NCBI GenBank assembly: GCA_963665115.1
Contig: OY762007.1
Location: 4,448,001-4,512,000, forward strand
Length of the DNA stretch: 64,000 nucleotides
Origin: an uncultured Rivularia sp.
Lineage (GTDB): Bacteria > Cyanobacteriota > Cyanobacteriia > Cyanobacteriales > Nostocaceae
Reading direction: 5' to 3'
Shown: one piece after another, positions 43,371 through 53,821 of the stretch
Position numbering within the stretch: the stretch's first letter is position 1
Layout: every line of letters begins with the position of its first letter
Program-made: the position numbers and the translations under genes
Notes under the pieces: generated by a model
Database searches by the model: none
What the model was told of the DNA's origin: nothing
The model's input: only the letters and a program-made list of their open reading frames with translations

Positions 43371-44174
43371 ATGGATACTTTAACGGCTTTGCAGGAATTG
43401 ATTGATGTGGTTGCGAAATTGCGATCGCCAGATGGTGGGTGTCCTTGGGATTTGGAACAAACGCCGGAAACTTTGACTCCTTATGCGATTGAGGAGGCTT
43501 ATGAGGTCGCTGATGCTATTAAAAGCGGCGATAAAAATCATGTTGCTGAGGAATTGGGGGATTTACTTTTACAGGTTGTGATGCAAGCGCAACTCTTTGG
43601 CGAATCTGGAGATTTTACGCTTAAGGAAGTCGCTGAAGGTATTACTCAAAAGTTGATTCGTCGTCATCCTCATGTTTTTGGTGATGTTTCGGTACAAAAT
43701 GTTGATGAGGTAAACCAAAACTGGGACGAAATTAAAGCTGCGGAGAAAGGCGAATCAATAGAGGAAAGTCAAAAACTTGTCAATAAGCTTAGTGGTTATA
43801 CTCGTAAATTACCGCCATTAATGGCGACGATGAAAATTTCTAAAAAAGCTGCTGATGTTGGTTTTGAATGGGATGATATCGATGGTGTCTGGGAAAAGTA
43901 TGAGGAAGAATTAGGCGAATTTAAACAGGCTTTAGCTGAGGAATCACCAGAAAGACAGCAAGAGGAATTAGGCGATTTACTATTTAGCGTTCTTCAATTA
44001 GCGCGATGGAATAATTTAGATCCAAGCGAAGCTTTGCAAGGGACAAATAAACGATTTATTCAACGATTTCAAAAGATGGAAGCTTTCGCCAAACGTCCGC
44101 TTTCGGAATATAGGTTGTTAGAGTTGGAAGCGCTTTGGCAGCAAGCTAAGAAGGAGTTGAAGGGTAATGGGTAA
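43371..44174 (+). CDS. mazG: Nucleoside triphosphate pyrophosphohydrolase MazG
   Basis: GCPWD, EEAYE, EELGDLL twice, RRHPHVF. Confidence 0.95.
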   Translation: MDTLTALQELIDVVAKLRSPDGGCPWDLEQTPETLTPYAIEEAYEVADAIKSGDKNHVAEELGDLLLQVVMQAQLFGESGDFTLKEVAEGITQKLIRRHPHVFGDVSVQNVDEVNQNWDEIKAAEKGESIEESQKLVNKLSGYTRKLPPLMATMKISKKAADVGFEWDDIDGVWEKYEEELGEFKQALAEESPERQQEELGDLLFSVLQLARWNNLDPSEALQGTNKRFIQRFQKMEAFAKRPLSEYRLLELEALWQQAKKELKGNG

Positions 44175-44211
44175 TTGGTAATTGGTAATTGATAATTGGT
44201 AATTACCCACC

Positions 44212-44622
44212 CTACGGTGATTTATAACTCGCAACTCTCAAAATCAATTCCCCTTCTTCGGGATTCTTACTAAAGATAAATGCTCCTGTCTCCTTCTCTC
44301 TTCTTGATAAAAATTCTATTTGCTGTTCCCCTGTTTCCTCGACTTTTCCGTTAAGACGCAATTCAGCTATAACCTGCACGGAAGCTGCTGTTTCTCCTCC
44401 TTTATTAACTACCTCAAAAGGGATGTAATATTGTCCGTTGATTTTTCGTAGGGGTTGATTATTGGTAATAATAAGAAGAGGTGGTTGCTGCGACGGTTGT
44501 TTTATCCAAGTGAAGCTTACTAAACCTATAACTCCGATAAGTATTGATGACGCGACGCTAAATGTTACCCATTCGGCAGTTGTTCGTTTTTGCTGTTGCT
44601 TGTTTTCTAAAGGTTGATTCAT
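44212..44622 (-). CDS. TIGR02588-like protein
   Basis: AEWVTF..S TM, N.GG.TA..V.V; ATGA-coupled to the upstream membrane gene. Confidence 0.7.
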   Translation of the reverse strand: MNQPLENKQQQKRTTAEWVTFSVASSILIGVIGLVSFTWIKQPSQQPPLLIITNNQPLRKINGQYYIPFEVVNKGGETAASVQVIAELRLNGKVEETGEQQIEFLSRREKETGAFIFSKNPEEGELILRVASYKSP

Positions 44623-45536
44623 ATTGCTAATCTTCCCGCAGCACCACCAATAGTTGTTGGCAATCCTAATATGATGCTATGTTCCAACCAAATTGTCCAA
44701 GGATCGTTCCAAGACAATTTTTGAAAAAACCACAGCATTATGGCTGCTACGATTAACGATACTAAATAGCAAATCATAGTTTCGCTAAAGGGTTGTTGAA
44801 ATATACCTTTATGTTTTCTGCGTTTTTCTTGTGCTGAGAAACCCGCTTGAAATACTATTGCGTAGGAAATTAATACAGAAGTTGCAATAATTGCTAAAAG
44901 CCAAGGCTCGGATACTGCTGCTGCAAGCTTTGCAATTTCATCGGTTGGGGCAATGTTAAAACCTATGACTATTGCACCGATCAAGGTTGCACTTAAATCG
45001 GTAAAAGTCGGGTTATTCTCCGCTGAATCATCTTGTCTGCTGGTTCTATTGTCAGGTGAATTAGTACCGTTTTCGCCTAATAATTGATTGGCTAATGCAA
45101 CACCCAAACTAAACGGTACGCTTTCATAAACAGTTTTACCCAATGCTTCTTTAAGGGAAACTCCAGGTGATAATTCTTGCAACAGCAACAGCATAAAAGC
45201 AGAACAAATTAAGCCAATTCCCATTGCTTCTACTGTTTCTGTAATTGCTTGGTAGCGACGATTGAAACGTTTGGGTTTACGAAAACCCTCAGTACGCATA
45301 AGAAGATAAACAACGATAAATGTTAATACCAGTGCTATCAACATCATCTGTGGTGTTGCCGATGAACCTATCCACCATACTTCCATCGTGTAAAGCAAGG
45401 GAATACCGAATAAAAAACCACCACATCCGCCTCTAACGATGTCATTAATCTCACTTCTCCAGATATTTTTCTGATGTTTTGCCAATTGCTTGTTTCTGGA
45501 TTTGCCGCAGATTCTTCTTAGCGAATTAAATTTCAT
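44619..45536 (-). CDS. TIGR02587/DUF2391-like integral membrane protein
   Basis: FGIPLLYTMEVWWIG, NIAPTDE, IGGAAGRL. Confidence 0.75.
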   Translation of the reverse strand: MKFNSLRRICGKSRNKQLAKHQKNIWRSEINDIVRGGCGGFLFGIPLLYTMEVWWIGSSATPQMMLIALVLTFIVVYLLMRTEGFRKPKRFNRRYQAITETVEAMGIGLICSAFMLLLLQELSPGVSLKEALGKTVYESVPFSLGVALANQLLGENGTNSPDNRTSRQDDSAENNPTFTDLSATLIGAIVIGFNIAPTDEIAKLAAAVSEPWLLAIIATSVLISYAIVFQAGFSAQEKRRKHKGIFQQPFSETMICYLVSLIVAAIMLWFFQKLSWNDPWTIWLEHSIILGLPTTIGGAAGRLAI

Positions 45537-45963
45537 CTGCTACATCTTTTATTTTTTTTTAATCGTTTGATGTTGTCGCTTCTAAACTACAACTACTATG
45601 AATCCAAAACTTTAAGTTAAGAAAAATTTATTAAGCGATTATATTCATATTATCATTAATAGTCGTTGCTCAAACTCTAAATATGTTTAACGCAAAGAAA
45701 TCTTACTGCTTGGTAAAAGTAGCTTTTAAGCATTAACAAATAGTTGAAATCGGTTTAATGTATTTGCCTTGATAATTTTTAAAGTTAACAAATAAACTTT
45801 TATTGGTAAAAAAGCTGTTTATTGCCTTTGCGATCAACTAAGCATATTTTATGTTGAGCACAGTTAATACATAACCGATAATTGGTAATTGGTAATTGAT
45901 AATTGGTAATTGATAAATCTGTAACCCGCTTTCTTTCAAAAATACCGTCTTTATTAATCGTTA

Positions 45964-46443
45964 CTAGCTTTTTAGGGATTTTATATCTTCTTTATATTCG
46001 ACAATTCCACCTCCATCACCAGTCTTTTCGGCTTTTACCGAATAATCAAATGGGTAAATAACATGACCCCTTCCTGATGAATCATTTCCAAAAATATAAG
46101 TAGTTGTAGGAGTGTTACAAGTTCCATGTAACCCCAAACCTTTTTCCGTATCAACTTTTAGTTTGTTACAGTATTTAGAAATATCCTTGTTATCAAACCC
46201 TTGAATATTAATTTCTGCTAATTCAAAAGTATCAGATGTATATGTATACCAGCCATTAAGAGTTTTTCCTTCCTGAGAACCAGAAGCTACATTAACCTTA
46301 AAATCTACTTTTTTATTCGGATTATTAATAGTAGTATCAGGATTACTTTGCTCTTGTGCTTTCTCACAGCCAAAGGATAAACTAATAACACAAATAGCTA
46401 TAACAGTAGTTGCCAAATTTTTTGATAGTTTGAAGTTTAACAT
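45964..46443 (-). CDS. Hypothetical lipoprotein
   Basis: Signal peptide with SFGC lipobox-like motif. Confidence 0.6.
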   Translation of the reverse strand: MLNFKLSKNLATTVIAICVISLSFGCEKAQEQSNPDTTINNPNKKVDFKVNVASGSQEGKTLNGWYTYTSDTFELAEINIQGFDNKDISKYCNKLKVDTEKGLGLHGTCNTPTTTYIFGNDSSGRGHVIYPFDYSVKAEKTGDGGGIVEYKEDIKSLKS

Positions 46444-46489
46444 GATTGTAATTTATAAGATTAAATTTGTTAGATTTGAACAATCATAT

Positions 46490-46984
46490 TTAATAGCCAT
46501 ACTCACGAATTTTACTTAGCTCGAACCAAGTGCGATCACCAACTATTCCGTCTGCAACTAATCCAGTACGCTGTTGCAAATCTTTGATAGCGTTTTCGGT
46601 AACAATACCAAAATATCCGGTAATTGCAGATTGAAAGAAACCCGACCACAACAGCCTTTCTTGAATTTTTTCCACTAATTCACCTTCACTTCGTTTTTGT
46701 AATATAGGCATATCTACTGGGGCACCTTTATATAAACATTGCCAAGTATTTTCATCAACTATCCCGTCTTCGGCTAAAAACATCCAGTAATCGAAGCAGT
46801 TAACAGCGGCTGTAGTTTGAGGCCCAAATATACCATCAACTTTACCGAAGTAGCACCGCCAATGCTTTAAGAATTGTTGTAATTCTGTTACTGTTTCCCC
46901 TGTAGAACCTTGCTTTAATATAGGTTTATTAAATTGAACTCCAGCAGTCTGATAGTTGGAAGTAGAAGTCATGATATTTGTCAC
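46490..46984 (-). CDS. Peptidoglycan-binding domain protein (two PG_binding_1 repeats)
   Basis: G..V.ELQ..L...DGIFGPQT..AV...DGIV...TW twice. Confidence 0.88.
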   Translation of the reverse strand: MTNIMTSTSNYQTAGVQFNKPILKQGSTGETVTELQQFLKHWRCYFGKVDGIFGPQTTAAVNCFDYWMFLAEDGIVDENTWQCLYKGAPVDMPILQKRSEGELVEKIQERLLWSGFFQSAITGYFGIVTENAIKDLQQRTGLVADGIVGDRTWFELSKIREYGY

Positions 46985-47411
46985 TTGTGGTTGATTAGTT
47001 GATGTCAGTTCTGCTGTATCTTATGCCGACAGCTTAAATATAAAATATAAAAAAAATTGTGATTTTAATCGGCAAGTTGTTCATCGGTTGTGGTTTCACA
47101 GTTTGCGAAAATGTCAACTGAAATTCAATTTAGCGTCCTGAAAATAAACCGTATCCTTTGATTGAGTGTTAACTGCTAACTGTAAAAAATATTTATTTCG
47201 ACATGGAAGGCTACAGAAGCGAGTTTGAGCATTCCGGATAGAGAGTACAATATTTTGAAAGAGAAAAAATACCTATTTATATGATATAGCGCTAATCAAC
47301 CATTACTTTCGAGTCATTAAAAACATTTATCTTTCATATTTCATACTTCATTCTTAATATTTCCCGTTCGCAGTTACGATAAAAGATAAGACTGCGTTTT
47401 TGGGTACTACC

Positions 47412-48719
47412 ATGACAGTTCTCACTTATAATTCCGATTTAATACTGACTGCTAAACAAACTCGACTTGCAGCTATGAAACTAGCGGTTTTATCTAGCGC
47501 TGCAAAAAATGAAGCTATTGAAGCGATCGCCACTGCCTTGGAATCAGCACGAGATGAAATAATTCAAGCAAATATTACAGATTGTGAAGCTGCTGAAAAT
47601 GAGGGAATTGCCAAGCCACTTTACAAGCGCTTGCAGTTGGACGAACATAAATTAAGAGATAATATTGTCGGGGTAAGGGATATAGGTAAACTTTCCGACC
47701 CTGTTGGTAGCATTCAGATTCACCGTAAACTAGATACTGGTTTGATTCTCAAGCGCGTAAGTTGTCCTTTGGGAGTTTTAGGGATAATTTTTGAAGCACG
47801 TCCGGAAGCGGCCATTCAAATAGCAACTCTTGCGATAAAATCGGGTAATGGTGTAATCCTCAAAGGTGGAAAAGAAGCGATTCGTTCTTGTGAAGCGATA
47901 GTTAAGGCTATTAAACGAGGATTATCTCAAACTACAGTCGATCCGGATGCGGTACAGTTATTAACTACAAGAGAAGAAACTTTAGAACTTTTGAAGTTAG
48001 ATAAATATGTAGACTTGATTATTCCCAGAGGTTCTAATTCTTTTGTACAGTTTGTCCAGCAAAATACAACGATTCCGGTATTGGGACACGCTGACGGAAT
48101 TTGTCATCTATATATTGATAAAGCCGCAGATATCCACAAAGCGGTAAATATTGCAGTAGATTCAAAAACTCACTATCCAGCAGCTTGCAATGCAATCGAA
48201 ACATTGCTGGTTCATCAAGAGATTGCATCAACTTTTCTACCGCAAGTAGCAGAAGCATTACAGAAATTAAACGTAGAATTGCGCGGAGACGAAGCAACTC
48301 AATCGATTTTATCCAACATAGTACCTGCAACAGAAGAAGATTGGGAAACAGAATACAGCGATTTAATTTTGTCAATCAAAATTGTTGATTCTTTACCCGA
48401 AGCTATAACCCATATCAACGAATACGGTTCCAAACATACCGATGCAATAGTCACAGAAGATATAGAAGCAGCAGAAAACTTTTCGTCCTTAGTGGATGCA
48501 GCAGGAGTCTACCATAATTGTTCCACCCGTTTTGCAGACGGTTTCCGCTACGGCTTCGGCGCAGAAGTTGGAATCAGCACCCAAAAGATACCACCTCGCG
48601 GGCCAGTTGGTTTAGAAGGCTTAGTAACCTATAAATATAAAATGACAGGCAACGGTCATGTAGCGAGCAGTTATACGGGAGAAGATGCAAAGCCGTTTTT
48701 GCATAAAGATTTATTATAG
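47412..48719 (+). CDS. proA: Glutamate-5-semialdehyde dehydrogenase
   Basis: [46 protein letters not shown]. Confidence 0.96.
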   Translation: MTVLTYNSDLILTAKQTRLAAMKLAVLSSAAKNEAIEAIATALESARDEIIQANITDCEAAENEGIAKPLYKRLQLDEHKLRDNIVGVRDIGKLSDPVGSIQIHRKLDTGLILKRVSCPLGVLGIIFEARPEAAIQIATLAIKSGNGVILKGGKEAIRSCEAIVKAIKRGLSQTTVDPDAVQLLTTREETLELLKLDKYVDLIIPRGSNSFVQFVQQNTTIPVLGHADGICHLYIDKAADIHKAVNIAVDSKTHYPAACNAIETLLVHQEIASTFLPQVAEALQKLNVELRGDEATQSILSNIVPATEEDWETEYSDLILSIKIVDSLPEAITHINEYGSKHTDAIVTEDIEAAENFSSLVDAAGVYHNCSTRFADGFRYGFGAEVGISTQKIPPRGPVGLEGLVTYKYKMTGNGHVASSYTGEDAKPFLHKDLL

Positions 48720-49139
48720 TTAGGAGTCAGGAATTAGGAGTTAGGAATTATTCAATGCCCAATCCCCAATGCCCTATGCCCCATACCCAATTACCAATTA
48801 AGAAAGAAAAAGGCGAGAAATAAGTGAAATTACTCTTACTTCCCGCTTCAAACATCACCTTGAGCATATTTTCGATTGACAGACTTTGATAGTTTTTTCA
48901 GCACCCTGAACTAAGCTAAGTAGACTTATTAATTTGAATAATAGATCGGAAAAACTCTTACCTGTTGCCACTTTGGCAAAGCGATATTAATTTAACGATA
49001 AAGAGCAGGTGTAGAAAGTGTAGCGAGGCATAATTGCGTGAAATACTCACATCCTGCTGACATTAGAATGTAGGTTTTGAATGAGAGAGGGAGATGGGGA
49101 GACAAGGGGACAAGAATTTTCATCTCATAATCTCCTTAT

Positions 49140-49201
49140 CCAATTACCAATTACCAATTACCAATTACCAATTACCAATTACCAATTACCAATTACCAAT
49201 T
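49140..49201. repeat. STRR heptamer tandem repeat (CAATTAC)n
   Basis: Perfect tandem heptamers upstream of psbA. Confidence 0.9.
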
Positions 49202-49264
49202 CTGAAATTGTTCGCTGATAACAGAAACTAATGAGTCGTATAAGACAAACTTTCTTAAAAAAGC

Positions 49265-49293
49265 TTTACAAAACGTAAAATATGCTCTAATGT
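49265..49293 (+). promoter_or_regulatory. Probable psbA promoter
   Basis: TTTACA-17 nt-TAATGT about 60 nt before the ATG. Confidence 0.5.
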
Positions 49294-49353
49294 ATAAATA
49301 TAGGTAAGCAAAACAGCTTACACATACATAAAACAAACGCAATTATCCGAACC

Positions 49354-50436
49354 ATGACAACCACATTACAAAGACGCGAGAGCGCCAGTGCGTGGGAACA
49401 GTTCTGCGGATGGATCACCAGCACCAACAACCGTTTATACATCGGTTGGTTTGGTATGTTGATGATTCCTACCCTCTTAGCTGCTACCACCTGTTTCATC
49501 ATCGCATTCGTTGCAGCACCTCCTGTAGACATCGATGGTATCCGCGAGCCTGTTGCAGGTTCGTTGATCTACGGAAACAACATCATCTCCGGTGCTGTTG
49601 TTCCTTCTTCTAACGCTATTGGTTTGCACTTCTACCCAATTTGGGAAGCAGCTTCTCTAGATGAGTGGTTGTATAACGGTGGTCCTTACCAGTTGGTATG
49701 TTTCCACTTCCTAATTGGTGTATTTTGCTACTTAGGTCGTGAGTGGGAATTATCTTACCGCTTGGGTATGCGTCCTTGGATCTGTGTTGCATTCAGTGCT
49801 CCAGTAGCAGCAGCAACCGCAGTATTCTTGATCTACCCAATTGGACAAGGTTCTTTCTCTGACGGTATGCCTTTAGGTATTTCTGGTACCTTTAACTTCA
49901 TGTTCGTGTTCCAAGCTGAACACAACATTTTGATGCACCCCTTCCACCAGTTAGGTGTTGCAGGTGTATTCGGTGGTTCCTTGTTCAGTGCAATGCACGG
50001 TTCTTTGGTAACTTCGAGCTTGGTACGTGAAACAACCGAAACCGAGTCTCAGAACTACGGTTACAAATTCGGTCAAGAAGAAGAAACCTACAACATCGTA
50101 GCTGCACACGGTTACTTTGGTCGTTTGATCTTCCAATACGCTTCCTTCAACAACAGCCGTAGTTTGCACTTCTTCTTAGCAGCATGGCCTGTAGTCGGAA
50201 TCTGGTTCACCGCTTTGGGAATCAGCACAATGGCGTTCAACTTGAACGGTTTCAACTTCAACCAGTCTGTAATTGATTCTAGTGGTAGAGTTGTAAACAC
50301 CTGGGCTGATGTATTGAACAGAGCTAATTTGGGTATGGAAGTAATGCACGAAAGAAATGCACACAACTTCCCACTTGATTTGGCTGCTGGCGAAACCGCT
50401 CCTGTAGCAATCAGCGCTCCCGCAATCAACGGTTAA
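49354..50436 (+). CDS. psbA: Photosystem II D1 protein, standard oxygen-evolving form with Glu130
   Basis: 360 aa; Y161, D170, E189, H190, H332, E333, D342, A344 intact; CYLGREWE. Confidence 0.99.
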   Translation: MTTTLQRRESASAWEQFCGWITSTNNRLYIGWFGMLMIPTLLAATTCFIIAFVAAPPVDIDGIREPVAGSLIYGNNIISGAVVPSSNAIGLHFYPIWEAASLDEWLYNGGPYQLVCFHFLIGVFCYLGREWELSYRLGMRPWICVAFSAPVAAATAVFLIYPIGQGSFSDGMPLGISGTFNFMFVFQAEHNILMHPFHQLGVAGVFGGSLFSAMHGSLVTSSLVRETTETESQNYGYKFGQEEETYNIVAAHGYFGRLIFQYASFNNSRSLHFFLAAWPVVGIWFTALGISTMAFNLNGFNFNQSVIDSSGRVVNTWADVLNRANLGMEVMHERNAHNFPLDLAAGETAPVAISAPAING

Positions 50437-50489
50437 AAATTTAATATTGTAGAAACGTGGAGACGTAATGTATTACGTCTCTACATCAT

Positions 50490-50524
50490 AAAAACGCCTT
50501 CCGAGCAATCGGGAGGCGTTTTTT
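50490..50524 (+). terminator. Intrinsic terminator after psbA
   Basis: AAAAACGCCTTCCGA-GCAA-TCGGGAGGCGTTTTTT. Confidence 0.85.
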
Positions 50525-50652
50525 GCTGTCTAAATTTTCATTTGCGATTAGCCTTCATCATTACATCGGATAAAAACCGCAGAGGGCACAGAGGGCGTTG
50601 AGGAAAGAAGTAAAGAGAGATCGGTACTTTTAGAGCGGGATAGGAGAGTAAT

Positions 50653-52074
50653 TCAAGTTAATGCTTTTAACAATGCCTGTAATTTAAGTTGGATTTCTGC
50701 AAATTCTTTTTCTGGGTCTGAACCGGGTACAATACCAGCACCAGCATAAAGCAGGGATGATTGACTGTTGTTGTCGATTAGTGCGGAACGAATTCCGACG
50801 ACAAATTCACAGTTACCTTCGGAATCTATCCAACCTAAAGGTGCTGCATATAAACCCCTTTCAAAACTTTCATAACGGCGAATTTCCTGACAAGCAACTT
50901 CGGGTGCAACACCGGCTACTGCTGGTGTCGGATGCAGTTGAGCAACTATTTGCAAGGGATGCACGTTGCGAGGAACTTTTGCGGCGATGGGTGTCCACAA
51001 GTGCTGAATATTTGATAGCTGTCGCAATCTGGGTGTTGAAACTTGAGGTAATAAGCCTAAACTGAGCAACTTTTGAGTTATAAAATCAATTACTAAGGAA
51101 TGTTCGTGTCTTTCTTTGTCGCTGCTGAGTAAGATATTGGCTATTTTTGCGTCTTCTGCTGGTGTTTTCCCCCTAGCTGCGCTTCCAGCTAAAGCATCGG
51201 TGGTTAATTTTTGATTATGAATGGCAATCAATGTTTCTGGAGAAGCACCAATAAAGTTTTGTCCTTTGCCATTGCTTGTAGAAAATATACAGCAATTAGG
51301 ATGTAGCTGTCGGAGATTATTTAATGATTTAAATAAGTTTAATGGAGCGATCGATTGAATATTAAGAGCATCCGCTAAGACAATTTTACTATAATGACCT
51401 TTACTAATATCTTCTAAAGCCGATAATACCGATCTTTTGAATTTACTAGATTTGGTAATCGAGCTTTTAATAAACTTAGGTTTAGAATCATTTAAGCTAA
51501 TAAATTCATATTTTAAATTATTAATATCTGCAATTTTAGCCCATAAACTTTGTAAATAATTTTCTATATTTAAATCTCCATCAATTTGAATATTTGCCCT
51601 TAATACACAGCGTTCGTCTTTACGAGTAACTTGCCATTTAGGTAAAAAAATGGTACCTGGAGAAAAAGGATAGTTTTGTTGAAGATTTGTATCAAAAAAA
51701 CTAAAGCTGCAAAAAAATGCTGGATTCGTAAAAAAATTATTTACATTGCAAAAATTAATGATTTTGCTGAGATTGTATTTTATGAACTTCTCAGCATCAG
51801 AAAAACGTCCTTTGCCTTCAACTTCAAATTTTGTTACCGCACCAATCGCAGCAATAGCTTGTTTTTTGCTGGGGCTTTCCCAGTAGAAATTAAGCCGATC
51901 TAATGTAGCTAGTTTCTGGAAGACAACCAGAGGATCTACCGAGTCAATTTCTAAGGCAATACTAGCTATTTGCGTGCAATTATTCTTAATACAATATGCT
52001 CGTTTTTTTACAAGAAATTGGTATAGCCCCTTATGGTATACAAGAAACTCGGCAGAACATGGTGAAACTGTCAT
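50653..52074 (-). CDS. menF: Isochorismate synthase
   Basis: GASPE, ALAGS, KERHEH, LHPTPAVAG, RGLYA, YAGAGIV; divergent from menA. Confidence 0.93.
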   Translation of the reverse strand: MTVSPCSAEFLVYHKGLYQFLVKKRAYCIKNNCTQIASIALEIDSVDPLVVFQKLATLDRLNFYWESPSKKQAIAAIGAVTKFEVEGKGRFSDAEKFIKYNLSKIINFCNVNNFFTNPAFFCSFSFFDTNLQQNYPFSPGTIFLPKWQVTRKDERCVLRANIQIDGDLNIENYLQSLWAKIADINNLKYEFISLNDSKPKFIKSSITKSSKFKRSVLSALEDISKGHYSKIVLADALNIQSIAPLNLFKSLNNLRQLHPNCCIFSTSNGKGQNFIGASPETLIAIHNQKLTTDALAGSAARGKTPAEDAKIANILLSSDKERHEHSLVIDFITQKLLSLGLLPQVSTPRLRQLSNIQHLWTPIAAKVPRNVHPLQIVAQLHPTPAVAGVAPEVACQEIRRYESFERGLYAAPLGWIDSEGNCEFVVGIRSALIDNNSQSSLLYAGAGIVPGSDPEKEFAEIQLKLQALLKALT

Positions 52075-52379
52075 GGATCTATAAATAGTAAATTTTTTTG
52101 AAGTTCTCTTCCTAAAGCATCATGAATCGTGGTCGTATTTCTACAGGTAGCACATTCAGACGCTGTTTTGCCAGCTAACCAAGGAGGCTCATCAACCTTA
52201 ATGGTAAAAACCTCCTTAACTGCTTCGAGTGTAGATTTTACAGGAGCTTTCGCTCGAAATACAGCCCTGTTGGACAAGGGATGTAGCAAAGAGGGATAAC
52301 TGACAAAATAACAGCTATGAGGGGTGCGCTTGCGGCTTTTTGCCGGTAGAAAATTTGGCAATTTCATTGATTGCGACTG

Positions 52380-52712
52380 GTCACTGACTCAACCCTTAAG
52401 GGATTGAGCTTGCAAAGAACAAACTTTGCAACGCAAGCAGCGACTAGCCCAGTGAGCCTAATCTCGGTAAACACTTCCGAATGCTTCCCCAGTTCGGACA
52501 CATTGTAAGACTATTTGTTTAGTCGTTGGGTAAAGCCAAGTCATCTTAGATTAGGTGGGCGAGGGGACTATTACGGGTTTGCTGATTCCTGGGATTATAT
52601 CCATTTAAAAATCAGCCCTTCAAAACACAAAGTCCACGGCAAATAAATTTGCTCGTGTCGCTTCCCTCCCAGGGCTAAAACCTGAGAGTTTCTCGCTTTC
52701 CGCGTGTTTCTT
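52380..52712 (+). ncRNA. IscB-type omegaRNA/HEARO RNA within an ORF-less IS200/IS605 mini-element
   Basis: GTCA start, terminal hairpins, GACTAGCCC, CACTTCCGAATGCTTCCCCAGTTCGGA and GGGCGAGGGGAC blocks with mutually consistent pairings. Confidence 0.75.
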
Positions 52713-53609
52713 ATGACTACAAAGCTGATTTTATATCCCAACATAAAGCTATGGATGGCGGCAATTAAACCGCCAATGTATTGCGTTGCGATTATGCCGA
52801 TTTGGGTAGGAACTGCTGTGGCTTTTGCAGAAACAAAAGTGCTTCATGCAGGAGTTTTTTGCACGTTTTTAGCTGCTGCCATTTTGATTCTCGCTTGGGA
52901 AAATTTGAGCAATGATGTGTTCGATTCCGATACGGGAATTGATATTAATAAACATCATTCTTTAGTAAATTTGACGGGCAATAGACAATTAATTTTTTGG
53001 CTGGGAAATTGCTTTCTAAGTCTGGGATTGCTGGGAATACTAGCAATTAGTTGGTGGCAACAAGACTTAACTTTAATTGGAATAATTTTACTGTGTTGCG
53101 GTTTAGGATATCTTTATCAAGGACCTCCTTTCCGTTTAGGCTATCAAGGATTAGGGGAAATACTTTGCTTTTTCGCCTTTGGTCCTTTGGGAGTAGCAGC
53201 AGGATATTACAGTCAAACTCAAAGTTGGTCTTTAACGAGTTTGGCGGCTTCGTTAATCGTTGGTATTGCCACAACTTTGATATTATTTTGTTCCCACTTT
53301 CATCAAGTAAAAGACGATTTAGCAGCAGGAAAACTTTCGCCAATTGTTCGTTTGGGAACTCAGAAAGGTTCTTATGTTTTAAACTGGTTAACTGGCAGTA
53401 TTTACGCGCTGATATTGATATTTATACTTTGCGGAATTTTTCCCTTATGGACGCTTTTAAGCTGGTTTAGTTTACCTTTTGCTGCAAAACTATGTAACCA
53501 CGTCGCGCAAAATCACAACCAACCCCTTAAGGTAGATAACTCCAAATTTATTGCGATCGCAGTTCAATTTTGGTCTTGTTTGCTATTAGGATTGGGGTTT
53601 GTTTTATGA
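52713..53609 (+). CDS. menA: DHNA phytyltransferase
   Basis: WMAAIKPPMY, NLSNDVFD..TGID, YQGPPFRLGYQGLGE, DDLAAGK. Confidence 0.95.
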   Translation: MTTKLILYPNIKLWMAAIKPPMYCVAIMPIWVGTAVAFAETKVLHAGVFCTFLAAAILILAWENLSNDVFDSDTGIDINKHHSLVNLTGNRQLIFWLGNCFLSLGLLGILAISWWQQDLTLIGIILLCCGLGYLYQGPPFRLGYQGLGEILCFFAFGPLGVAAGYYSQTQSWSLTSLAASLIVGIATTLILFCSHFHQVKDDLAAGKLSPIVRLGTQKGSYVLNWLTGSIYALILIFILCGIFPLWTLLSWFSLPFAAKLCNHVAQNHNQPLKVDNSKFIAIAVQFWSCLLLGLGFVL

Positions 53610-53821
53610 GCCAGGGAGTTGGGAGTAGTGAGTAGTGAGTAGTGAGTTAGGAGTTGTAAAAGGTAATGGGTAATGGGCAATAGGTAATGGGTAATGGGTA
53701 AATTTGGGATGCTCCCGGTAAATATCTCAAAGAAATAACGATTAATCTTCTTACCTCTCCTTTTCTCCTTGTCACCTTGTTTTCCCCCTCTTCCCTTCTC
53801 TTTCTCGATTCAAAAATAAAT

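Noticed and set aside
43371..44174. mazG as an anti-phage or TA component
   Set aside because: Ordinary tandem-domain housekeeping MazG with no mazEF next to it
49951..50429. Antisense and nested ORFs over psbA and other long genes
   Set aside because: Shadow frames of strongly supported genes, with no motifs of their own
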